Assembly (NCBI GenBank): GCA_902614085.1
Contig: CACMJS010000002.1
Span: forward strand, 234,268-298,267
Direction: 5' to 3'
Source of the DNA: an uncultured Alphaproteobacteria bacterium
GTDB lineage: Bacteria > Pseudomonadota > Alphaproteobacteria > HIMB59 > GCA-002718135
DNA: 64,000 nt
The stretch's first letter is position 1; every line of letters starts with the position of its first letter. The notes under the pieces are model-generated. The model was given only the letters and a program-made list of their open reading frames with translations. It searched no databases and was not told where the DNA came from. Below are positions 28,022 to 37,114 of this stretch, piece after piece. Both the position numbers and the translations under genes were made by a program.

Positions 28022-29522
28022 GAATATTTCCCATAATTGATGAACTCATTTCTTCATAGTTATGATTATTGATAGTTTCACCAACTACCTTAAAATCTTT
28101 CATTGTTATAATTCTATCTGCTAAGCTAATCATTTCAGGCATATCACTGGTAATTAAAATTATTGATGTGCCTTTTAAAGATAGTTCAATAATTAATTCA
28201 TGAAGGTAAGATTTTGTTTTTATATCTATACCAACTGTGGGTTCATCAATAAATAATATATCAGTTCCAGAAGCTAGCCATTTAGCTACACTAATTTTTT
28301 GCTGATTACCTCCAGATAAGTTAGAAACGATTTGTTGGTATGAAGGTGTTTTTACTTCAAGTTGTTTCACATAAGGATCTACTTTATTGTAAACAATACT
28401 GTCATTTAAAAATGATAATATTTTTTTCAAATTTGACCAGACTGTTATTCCAGCATTCGATAAAACATCATGCATTAGAATTAATCCCTCTTTTTTTCTG
28501 TCTTCACTTATGTATCCAATTTTATATTTTTCTAGTGCATCTTTTGGAGACTTAATTTTAATTTCTTTATTGTTGAGTAAAATCTGTCCAGAATTAATTT
28601 TATCTAACCCCATTACACATTTTATTAATTCTGTTCTTCCTGCACCAACTAAACCGTATAATCCAAGTATTTCACCTTTTTTTAAATTTAAATTAATATT
28701 TTTATGACCAAGGTCAGTGTTTATTGATTGTAGATCTAGTAAACTTTCATCTGTAAAATCAATATTTTTCTTAGATTTAATTATTTGTTCATCTCTACCA
28801 ATCATTAATTTAACAAGTTTCTGTCTATTAAGATTAGTAATTTGTTCAGACTCACAAGCATTTTTACCATCTCTCAAAACAGTAACTTCATCACAAATTT
28901 CAAATACTTCCTCTAATTTGTGACTTACAAAAACTATACTTACATCTTGTTCAGCAACTAATCGTTTAAGTAAGGCAAATAAATTTTTTGTATCTTGTGG
29001 GGATAATGATGAAGTTGGCTCATCTAATAATAGTATTTTTGATTCTAAGGATAAGGCTTTAGCTATTTCACACAGTTGCATTTTTGCAACTGTTAAATCT
29101 GATACTATTGTATTTGGATCTATATCCAGCTCCATAATATCGAGCCATTTTTTTGATTCTTTGGCAACAGTATTATAATCAATTAATCCTAAATTATTTT
29201 TAGGGAGGTTGGTTAACATTAAATTTTCACCAACTGAAAACCTCCTAATTAAATTTCTTTCTTGGTGCACAACTGAAATTCCAGCATTCATTGCTTCATT
29301 AGGTGAAGAAAAAGACTTCTCTTGATTATTTAAAAATAGCTTTCCTTCATTTTGATTATATACTCCTGTAATAATTTTAATTAATGTAGATTTTCCTGCT
29401 CCATTTTCACCAAGAAGTGCATGGATTGATTTTTTTTTGAGTCTAAAGTTTGCATTATCAAGAGCTTTAACACCAGGAAAATTTTTTGTAATGTTATTGA
29501 GTTCTAAAATATAATCACTCAT
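28014..29522 (-). CDS. Sugar ABC transporter ATP-binding protein, tandem ATPase (CUT2, RbsA-like)
   Basis: 502 aa with two ABC domains (GENGAGKST; LSGGNQQK). Confidence 0.9.
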   Translation of the reverse strand: MSDYILELNNITKNFPGVKALDNANFRLKKKSIHALLGENGAGKSTLIKIITGVYNQNEGKLFLNNQEKSFSSPNEAMNAGISVVHQERNLIRRFSVGENLMLTNLPKNNLGLIDYNTVAKESKKWLDIMELDIDPNTIVSDLTVAKMQLCEIAKALSLESKILLLDEPTSSLSPQDTKNLFALLKRLVAEQDVSIVFVSHKLEEVFEICDEVTVLRDGKNACESEQITNLNRQKLVKLMIGRDEQIIKSKKNIDFTDESLLDLQSINTDLGHKNINLNLKKGEILGLYGLVGAGRTELIKCVMGLDKINSGQILLNNKEIKIKSPKDALEKYKIGYISEDRKKEGLILMHDVLSNAGITVWSNLKKILSFLNDSIVYNKVDPYVKQLEVKTPSYQQIVSNLSGGNQQKISVAKWLASGTDILFIDEPTVGIDIKTKSYLHELIIELSLKGTSIILITSDMPEMISLADRIITMKDFKVVGETINNHNYEEMSSSIMGNIHE

Positions 29523-30483
29523 CTGAAAAAACCTTTGTTCTTCTCTCTTCTCTATATTCTCTGTATCTATTTATAAATACCGCTAATAAAATCATAAATC
29601 CTAAAAATATTTGAACAAAAAAAGGATCAATTTTAAAAATTACTAAAGCTTGAGAAATTATAGAAACTAATATCACACCAAAAGCAGTAGCAATAACATC
29701 TACTTTTCCACCAGCAAGTATAGCGCCTCCAATTACCGGAGCAGCAAATGAAGGTAATAGCCAAGAATCACCTATATTGGGTGTCCCAAGTTGTAATCTA
29801 CAAACCACTAACATTCCACCGATAGCAGCTAAAAGGCCTGATATAACATGGGCATAAATAACTATTTTTGTTGAAGATATTCCTATTAGTTCTGATGATT
29901 GTACATTATTCCCATATGCCAGCATATACCTTCCAAGTGATGTTCTATTCATTAAAATCCACATCAGCACAGTTATAATAATTGGTATAATAACTAAATA
30001 AGGTATAGGGCCAAAGATTTTTGCATTTCCAAAAAATTTAACAGCCTCAGGAATTTCATAAAAAGGTTGAGCCTCTGTTATTCCTAAATTCATTCCTTTA
30101 AAAATGTAAAGTGTAGCAAGAGTAATAATAAAAGCTGATATGCCAGTTTTAACAGTGATGTATCCATTTATAAAACCACAAGCAAGACCAATTAATAATC
30201 CAATTAGAACAGCAGGTAAAATAGACATGCTATAAACTTCCATTAAGCCAGTAAATGAAATCGCAACTAAGCCACCAATTGCTCCAACAGATAAGTTCAT
30301 TTGACCAATTGCAATGATAATCATTTGTGACATTGCCACAACGAGCATCAAACTAACACTCAGCATTAAAACATATAAATTAAATGGAGAAATAAATGCA
30401 GGCTTAAACAATGAAATTAAGATTGAACCAAAAATTAAAACTAAACCAAGTCCAAACCAATCTTTTTTTAAAAGTGCGCTCAT
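29515..30483 (-). CDS. Sugar ABC transporter permease (CUT2, RbsC-like)
   Basis: 322 aa with about 10 TM segments; BPD_transp_2-type. Confidence 0.85.
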   Translation of the reverse strand: MSALLKKDWFGLGLVLIFGSILISLFKPAFISPFNLYVLMLSVSLMLVVAMSQMIIIAIGQMNLSVGAIGGLVAISFTGLMEVYSMSILPAVLIGLLIGLACGFINGYITVKTGISAFIITLATLYIFKGMNLGITEAQPFYEIPEAVKFFGNAKIFGPIPYLVIIPIIITVLMWILMNRTSLGRYMLAYGNNVQSSELIGISSTKIVIYAHVISGLLAAIGGMLVVCRLQLGTPNIGDSWLLPSFAAPVIGGAILAGGKVDVIATAFGVILVSIISQALVIFKIDPFFVQIFLGFMILLAVFINRYREYREERRTKVFSDE

Positions 30484-31466
30484 GAAACAATTGAATTTTT
30501 AACAGTAAAATATTCTCTAGCTCTATCTAGCAGAACAGCTCCTAATAATATGATCCCAAGAAAAAATCTTACCCAAAATTCACCAACGTCAATTAAGTAT
30601 AATCCATTATTTATTAATGTGACAAGAATTGCCCCTAGCATTGTTCCAAAAACTGTAACCTTACCACCAGAAAGAAGTGTTCCACCCAATACTGGAGCTA
30701 AAAAAGCAGGTAATAACCAATCAAATCCAAGATGACCGGCCATAGACGGTATTGCAGCACCAATTCTTGCTGTTAACATAATACCTGCAAGTGCTGCTAA
30801 GAAGCCTGACAACATATGACAGTAAATAAACATTCTATCTACAGAAATACCTGATAATTCTGCAGCATCAGGATTAGCTCCAGCTGCGATAAGCTTTCGG
30901 CCAATATCAGTGTATTTAAAAATGTAATAAAGTACAAAACAAGTCAGCACACTGATAATTAGTAATGGTGAAATATATTTATTGAAAAGTTTTAAACTTC
31001 CAAAATCAGTAAAAGCCTCTGGTAATTTTCTAAAAGCTTCTGCTTCAGTTAGCAAGGTCATGAAGCCAAAATAAATACTCATCGTTGCTAGTGTAACAAT
31101 GAAACTATGAACACCTGTTCTAACAGTTACAAATCCATTAATCCAACCCAGAAATGAACCAAAAGCTAAAACTAAAATGATTGTAATAGAAATAGGAATT
31201 CCCATACTTTCCATACACCAACCACCAAACATTGCTGCAGAAACACCTAAAGCACCTAGAGATAGATTTAAGCCTCCAGTAAGTATAACTACCATCATTG
31301 CTAAACCAATCATTATATCTAGAGCAACTACTCTTGAGAGAGCATAAATATTGAATCTTGAAGTAAATCCATCAGTTGAAAAGGAAAAAATACAAATAAA
31401 TACAATTACCAAAATAAGTAAACCAAACTGATTAGTTTTTACAAAATTAGGAATTTTATTATTCAT
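30480..31466 (-). CDS. Sugar ABC transporter permease (CUT2, RbsC-like)
   Basis: 328-aa paralog of the adjacent permease. Confidence 0.85.
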   Translation of the reverse strand: MNNKIPNFVKTNQFGLLILVIVFICIFSFSTDGFTSRFNIYALSRVVALDIMIGLAMMVVILTGGLNLSLGALGVSAAMFGGWCMESMGIPISITIILVLAFGSFLGWINGFVTVRTGVHSFIVTLATMSIYFGFMTLLTEAEAFRKLPEAFTDFGSLKLFNKYISPLLIISVLTCFVLYYIFKYTDIGRKLIAAGANPDAAELSGISVDRMFIYCHMLSGFLAALAGIMLTARIGAAIPSMAGHLGFDWLLPAFLAPVLGGTLLSGGKVTVFGTMLGAILVTLINNGLYLIDVGEFWVRFFLGIILLGAVLLDRAREYFTVKNSIVS

Positions 31467-31473
31467 AAAAAAA

Positions 31474-31490
31474 GGGGGCTTAATGCCCCC
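31474..31490 (-). terminator. Intercistronic GC hairpin plus T-tract between the SBP gene and the first permease gene
   Basis: On the minus strand it reads GGGGGC-ATTAA-GCCCCC followed by TTTTTTT. The T-tract abuts the permease ATG (31464-31466). Confidence 0.7.
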
Positions 31491-31498
31491 ATATTATT

Positions 31499-32527
31499 TT
31501 AACTTGGACAGTTTAGATATGTGCTATCAAAAGTTTCTAAAATTTCTAGAGAAATTCCTCTCATAGCCATAACGTATGTATCAACATCGCTAATATCAAC
31601 AAATACAGTACCTGAATCAATAAATTGATCAGTTTGTGCAGTTGATTTCCAAGGTGCATCAGCTTTGAACTCACAACCTTGTCTAACTTTGTCCATTACA
31701 TATGAACCAATGTAACCTTGTCCATATGGGTTTTGAAGCATAGTTCCATGAACATAACCATCTTTAATAGCTTTTAAAACTACTTCGTCATGATCAATAC
31801 CAACCATTTTAATTCTTTTATCGCCCATATTAGTTAAAGCTTGTGCTGCTACAACAGCAGGAACCCAAGCAGTAGTAACAATACCATCTACTTCACTTCC
31901 TTGAGCTGCCATGAAAGCATTAATTTTTTCATCAGCTGGTTCATAAGCATCAATATCAGCAATAACTTGAATAATTTCTACTCCACCACCTGCTTCTGAA
32001 ACAGCTTGTTCAACAGCATTGATTCTTAGAGTTGTATTTGGATCAACTAAGAAACCAGTAAAGTGAGCAATTTTTCCTTTGCCACCTAAAGCTTTAATTA
32101 ATTCTTTTGTACCAAGATAAGCTGAGTGACCAGTGTCAGTTCCAAAACAAAATTTTGCTTGAGTTGGTTGTTCAACACATCCTGCTAAAGCAGCTGTTGG
32201 TATACCAGCATCATCTAGTTCACCTAAAATTTTATTTGTACCAACTGCATCACCAGGAAATACAAGTACTGCATTGTAACCTTGACCAACTAAACTTTCA
32301 ATTAACTCGTTTTGTTGACTTAGATCCCACTCTGCAGGGACTCTGTAATCTGCTTTTCCTAAACCAAAGTCTTCTACAGCATCTAAACCTGCTTGTTCCC
32401 ACGCAGCAAAATAAGGGTGAGGGCCACCAGGGACTAGAGCTACTTTAGTAACACCATGACCACCGGCAAAAACAGGTGATACTAGTAAAGCAAAAAAAGA
32501 AGTTAAAAATATTATAAATTTTTTCAT
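31499..32527 (-). CDS. Periplasmic monosaccharide-binding protein (CUT2, RbsB-like)
   Basis: 342 aa with signal peptide MKKFIIFLTSFFALLVSPVFA. Peripla_BP_4-like and rich in Ala/Gly/Val. Confidence 0.85.
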   Translation of the reverse strand: MKKFIIFLTSFFALLVSPVFAGGHGVTKVALVPGGPHPYFAAWEQAGLDAVEDFGLGKADYRVPAEWDLSQQNELIESLVGQGYNAVLVFPGDAVGTNKILGELDDAGIPTAALAGCVEQPTQAKFCFGTDTGHSAYLGTKELIKALGGKGKIAHFTGFLVDPNTTLRINAVEQAVSEAGGGVEIIQVIADIDAYEPADEKINAFMAAQGSEVDGIVTTAWVPAVVAAQALTNMGDKRIKMVGIDHDEVVLKAIKDGYVHGTMLQNPYGQGYIGSYVMDKVRQGCEFKADAPWKSTAQTDQFIDSGTVFVDISDVDTYVMAMRGISLEILETFDSTYLNCPS

Positions 32528-32631
32528 TATTCCTCCTTAAATTTTTTTTAATGTATTCAGATTTAGAACTTAAATCAACAAAAATAAAATAAAGTATTTA
32601 TTTATAATTATATTGATTATACTATTGTCAT

Positions 32632-33819
32632 ATGCTGTACTCATTTAGATGGTTTGGTCATAATGATCCTTCAAAATTAGATCAAATTCGACAGATAGGC
32701 GTTGAGGGAATCGTATCATCACTAGCACAAGTAAAATATGGTGAAAAATGGTCTGCATTTGAAATCAAGAAAAGAAAGAAATTTATTGAAAGTTTCAAAA
32801 TTAATAACAATAAAAATTTAACTTGGAGTGTTGTTGAAAGTCTTCCTGTCCATAATGACATAAAAAAGAGGTCAGGGAGATATAAATATTACATAGATCA
32901 ATACAAAGAGTCATTGATAAATTTAGGAAAGAATAAGATTAAAAATATTTGTTACAATTTTATGCCATTGATTGATTGGGTGAGAACAGATTTAAATCAT
33001 CAACTACCAAATGGAGCATTTGCTCTAAAATATAATCATCTTCATGTCTGTGCATTTGAAAATTTTATTTTGAAATCAAAAACAGCAAAAAAAAGGTATT
33101 CATCTAAAGAAATCCATACTTCAAAAAAAATATTACAAAAAATGAATTCTAGTGATTTAAAAAAACTTAAGATGTCTTTACTTGGAGGGTTAGCTGCAAA
33201 CGATAGAAAGTATACAATTAAAGATTTAAATTATGAGATTGATCAATTTGTAGAATTAAATCATAGTGATTTACAAAATAATTTAAAAGATTTTATAGAA
33301 GAAATTTATCCAATCATAAAAAAATATAATATTCATTACAATATTCATCCAGATGATCCTCCATATAATGTTTATGGATTACCAAGAATTGTTTCTAATG
33401 AAAAAGATATTAATTTTATTGTGAATATAAAAAAAGATATAAATGTAGGTTTAACTTTTTGTACAGGATCCCTTGGTGTTAATAAAAAAAATAACTTAGT
33501 TAATATAATTAAAAAATATGGTTCTTATATAAATTTTATTCATTTAAGAAATATAAGACACATTCCAAAATCTCTTGATTTTTATGAAGATGACCACCTT
33601 AATGGAAGCCTGGACATGGTGTCTATTGTCAAAGCAATATTAAAAGAAGAAAATAAAAGGAAAAAAAGTAATCATCCTATTAAACAAATTCCTATGAGGC
33701 CTGATCATGGGCATACAATACTTCATGACCAATTTAATTCAGTAATACCTGGATATTCATTATTAGGCAGAATGAAAGGGCTAGATCAGCTTAAAGGTGT
33801 AATAAAAGCTATAAATTAA
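32632..33819 (+). CDS. uxuA: Mannonate dehydratase
   Basis: N-terminus FRWFGHNDPSKLDQIRQIG resembles the UxuA RWYGPNDPV motif; 395 aa. Confidence 0.8.
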   Translation: MLYSFRWFGHNDPSKLDQIRQIGVEGIVSSLAQVKYGEKWSAFEIKKRKKFIESFKINNNKNLTWSVVESLPVHNDIKKRSGRYKYYIDQYKESLINLGKNKIKNICYNFMPLIDWVRTDLNHQLPNGAFALKYNHLHVCAFENFILKSKTAKKRYSSKEIHTSKKILQKMNSSDLKKLKMSLLGGLAANDRKYTIKDLNYEIDQFVELNHSDLQNNLKDFIEEIYPIIKKYNIHYNIHPDDPPYNVYGLPRIVSNEKDINFIVNIKKDINVGLTFCTGSLGVNKKNNLVNIIKKYGSYINFIHLRNIRHIPKSLDFYEDDHLNGSLDMVSIVKAILKEENKRKKSNHPIKQIPMRPDHGHTILHDQFNSVIPGYSLLGRMKGLDQLKGVIKAIN

Positions 33820-34858
33820 TTTTTACCTTATATTTATTTGCTAAAAACAAAAAATCAGTTTTTAATTCCTTATCAATTGGAATACCTGTTTTTAATCTTT
33901 TTTTAGAAGTAATTTTTTCTTTTTCACCTGGATATAAAATTGGATTATTATTTTTTTTTGATTTTTGTTTTTGTAGATCACTCATATAGTTTTTCATACC
34001 TTTAAAATATTGTTTTTTTGTAGTGAAAGCATTTAATGAAATGGCGATTAAGAAATGTCCTAACTTTCTTGGTGTACTAAAATCTGGTCCAATCATTGAT
34101 AATAAACGGTATCCATGAGCCATACCAATAAGAGGTCCACACATTATTTCTACAGAAGAAGATAATCCAAAACCTTTATACCCATATTCTTTACCTCCAA
34201 GTGGAGCCAAAGAAACAGCGTTATAAGGGTTAGTCGTGTAGTTTCCGGATTTATCAAGTGCAATCTCAGAGTTTAATTTAGTAGAATTTGCTCTGGCTCT
34301 CATAACTTTATTCCATGCTATCGAAGTTGAAGAAAAATCTGCATGTAAAAAGTCTTTATTACCTATTGGTGCTGTAAAAGAATAAGGATTAGTCCCATGA
34401 AAAGGTTTCTTACCATTATACGGTATTGCAAAAGCATCTGAGTGTGTAAATGAAAAACCAACACAGTCGTTTTGTGCAATATCCATAGAATATACACCTG
34501 CAGCACCATAGTGTGAAGAGTTTATTATGCCAATTGAAGCAATGCCATTCTTCTTTGCCATAGATGATACTATTGCTGATGCCTTTAAAGCTGCTACATG
34601 CCCTAAGCCATCATCAGCATCATAGACAGCTACACCTCTATTTTTTTTTATAAGCTTCATTTTAGGTTTTGCTTTTATTCTTCCGTTTTCAATACATTTT
34701 ACATAATGAGAAAATAATCTAATACCATGACTGTCCACGCCTCTAATAGAAGAATCTAAAAGTGATTTAATAAGTAAATTTCTATCTTTTTTTGGAACAG
34801 ATAGTTTTGATAAAATGCTATCAAAAAATTTATTTATATTGTTGGTTAAAATTTTCAT
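33809..34858 (-). CDS. Ldh_2 family oxidoreductase (malate/L-lactate/sulfolactate/2,3-diketogulonate dehydrogenase family)
   Basis: 349 aa. RGVDSHGIRLF, SSHYGAAG and FHGTNP motifs of the Ldh_2 family. The substrate cannot be determined from sequence. Confidence 0.75.
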   Translation of the reverse strand: MKILTNNINKFFDSILSKLSVPKKDRNLLIKSLLDSSIRGVDSHGIRLFSHYVKCIENGRIKAKPKMKLIKKNRGVAVYDADDGLGHVAALKASAIVSSMAKKNGIASIGIINSSHYGAAGVYSMDIAQNDCVGFSFTHSDAFAIPYNGKKPFHGTNPYSFTAPIGNKDFLHADFSSTSIAWNKVMRARANSTKLNSEIALDKSGNYTTNPYNAVSLAPLGGKEYGYKGFGLSSSVEIMCGPLIGMAHGYRLLSMIGPDFSTPRKLGHFLIAISLNAFTTKKQYFKGMKNYMSDLQKQKSKKNNNPILYPGEKEKITSKKRLKTGIPIDKELKTDFLFLANKYKVKINL

Positions 34859-34859
34859 C

Positions 34860-36290
34860 TTATGAAATTATTTCTTTTAATAATGATTTTAAAGGATTTT
34901 CTTTCATTAAATTTAGATTTTTTTTGACTGCTGCTAACATTTCTTCTTTTTTACTTTCCGAAAGATTAAAAATATTTTTATTATTAATTATTTCTTCAAA
35001 AAAATTATCCTTATTATTTTTGTAAACACTGTAAAAATATTCTTTATTTCCATCATCCAGTCTATTTTGATCTTCTTCAATAATTTGAAATAAGAAAAAT
35101 AACCAAGAGGCTATGATAAATTGAATATATTTAGTTGCTCCTTTATTATTATTGTAGGTATCAAGTATTCTTATAGGTATTTTTAAAGAACCATCCATAG
35201 CAATTCTTAACAATTTATCCTCTATGTAGGTATTTTTAAATCTTTCTAAAATTTTCATTTTGTACTCATTAATATTAAAGTCATCTTTAGTTTCTAAAGT
35301 GGGTATCACTTCTTGGTCTAAAAAATTTAAAATAAAATTGTAAATATTTTTATCCTCTATTGCTTCATGAACATATGTATACCCACACAAATGACCAATG
35401 TATGCTACAGCTGAGTGGGAAGCATTCAGTATTTTAAGTTTATTATTTTCATAAAATTTTACATCTTCAACAAATTTTATTTTATTATTTGATAAAATAT
35501 TTTTTAGCTCATCATTATTTGATTGAATATACCAATCTCTATAAGGTTCAGTAACCACAATTGTATTATCATTATATGGCAAGTTAAAATATTCAGATTG
35601 TTTATTATTATTTGGAACAATTCCATCAACCATAGATAATGGGAACTCAATATTATTATCAAACCAATCTAAACACTTTGGATATTTTTTTTCTATAAAT
35701 TGTTTAACTAAATTTTTTAAAATTGTTCCATTTTCAGACAAATTATCACAACTTAAAACAATTAATTTTTTTTTGTTTTTCTTATATCTTTCTATTATTC
35801 CAAAACTTAGATGACCTATCAAAGTTGATAATTCTTTATCCTCTAGATCATTAATAATTTGATTCGAAAAATTTAATTTTTTATTTTTATCAAAATGATA
35901 TCCCTTTTCAGTAACAGTAATTGTAATTAATTTAATTTTTTCAGATACAATTAAATTTCTTATTTCATTCTTGTGTTTTAAACCAAATAAAACTTTTTTA
36001 ATTGGATTTAAAATATCAACTTTTTTGTAATTATTTGATATCCTTACCAAAGAATACAAGTAGTCTTGTAACTGCATTTTATTATTTGTTTCTTCAGACC
36101 TTAAATTGACCCCAATTATGGAAATGTTTTTATTATTTTCTAATATTTCATGAATATATAGTGCTTGGTGAGCTCTATGAAAATTACCAATACCAAAATG
36201 AAGTATGCAATCTTCATTATTATTAATATTATAACTTGGAAATGATTGTTCTTTTAAAAGATTTCTATTTATGTTTTTATTTAATTGCAT
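34860..36290 (-). CDS. Mannitol dehydrogenase family oxidoreductase (fructuronate/tagaturonate reductase-like)
   Basis: 476 aa. ILHFGIGNFHRAHQALY N-terminal motif; next to uxuA. Confidence 0.75.
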   Translation of the reverse strand: MQLNKNINRNLLKEQSFPSYNINNNEDCILHFGIGNFHRAHQALYIHEILENNKNISIIGVNLRSEETNNKMQLQDYLYSLVRISNNYKKVDILNPIKKVLFGLKHKNEIRNLIVSEKIKLITITVTEKGYHFDKNKKLNFSNQIINDLEDKELSTLIGHLSFGIIERYKKNKKKLIVLSCDNLSENGTILKNLVKQFIEKKYPKCLDWFDNNIEFPLSMVDGIVPNNNKQSEYFNLPYNDNTIVVTEPYRDWYIQSNNDELKNILSNNKIKFVEDVKFYENNKLKILNASHSAVAYIGHLCGYTYVHEAIEDKNIYNFILNFLDQEVIPTLETKDDFNINEYKMKILERFKNTYIEDKLLRIAMDGSLKIPIRILDTYNNNKGATKYIQFIIASWLFFLFQIIEEDQNRLDDGNKEYFYSVYKNNKDNFFEEIINNKNIFNLSESKKEEMLAAVKKNLNLMKENPLKSLLKEIIS

Positions 36291-36320
36291 ATTAATAATT
36301 AAAATATACTTAAACAGAAG

Positions 36321-37073
36321 ATGATCAATAAAATATATAAAAGTGTGCTTATAACTGGTGCATCAAGTGGTATTGGCTTAGAAACACTTAAAAGATTTTT
36401 AAAAGAAAATGTAAAAGTTTATGCTCTTGATAAAGACGTTTCAATCTTAGAGAAATTGAAAAAAAAACATAAATTTGAAATCATTCAAATTGATCTCTTT
36501 GACACGGATCAAATTTATAAAAAACTCTCCAAAGTAAAAGTTGATATTGTAGTTTGTAATGCAGGCATTGGAAGAGGGGCTGAAGGTATATTAAAAGCGT
36601 CAAGGCAAGATATTGAATTATCTACAAGATTAAATGTCGAGTCTTATCTTCATACTTTAAAAGCTATTGTTCCAGGAATGATAAAAAGAAGAAAAGGACA
36701 TGTAGTTTTAATGGGGTCTCTTGCAGGTCTATATCCACAAATGAGTACTGTTTATGGTGGTCAAAAAGGTGCTATCCATAGAATCGCACAAAGCTTAAGA
36801 ATTGAACTTAGCGGTTCAAGAGTTAAAGTTTCTGAAATATGTCCTGGAAGAACTAAAACAAATTTTGGTAAAGCTGCATTTACAGATAAAAATAAAGCTA
36901 AAAAATTTATGTCTGGTTTTACTCTTCTCGAGCCAAGAGATATTGCTGATGCTATTATGTTTGCAGTAAGTGTTAGATGGCGAAGCAATATTAGTACTAT
37001 TGAAATTTCTGGCACAGAACAATCCCCAGGTGGAGTGCCGATTATTCCAGTAAAAGATCCAATACTTTCATAA
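36321..37073 (+). CDS. Short-chain dehydrogenase/reductase (classical SDR)
   Basis: ITGASSGIG, NAGIG and YGGQK (YxxxK) motifs. Confidence 0.85.
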   Translation: MINKIYKSVLITGASSGIGLETLKRFLKENVKVYALDKDVSILEKLKKKHKFEIIQIDLFDTDQIYKKLSKVKVDIVVCNAGIGRGAEGILKASRQDIELSTRLNVESYLHTLKAIVPGMIKRRKGHVVLMGSLAGLYPQMSTVYGGQKGAIHRIAQSLRIELSGSRVKVSEICPGRTKTNFGKAAFTDKNKAKKFMSGFTLLEPRDIADAIMFAVSVRWRSNISTIEISGTEQSPGGVPIIPVKDPILS

Positions 37074-37114
37074 ATTAATTAAATATTTTTTATTTTAATA
37101 TAATAAAATTAATT

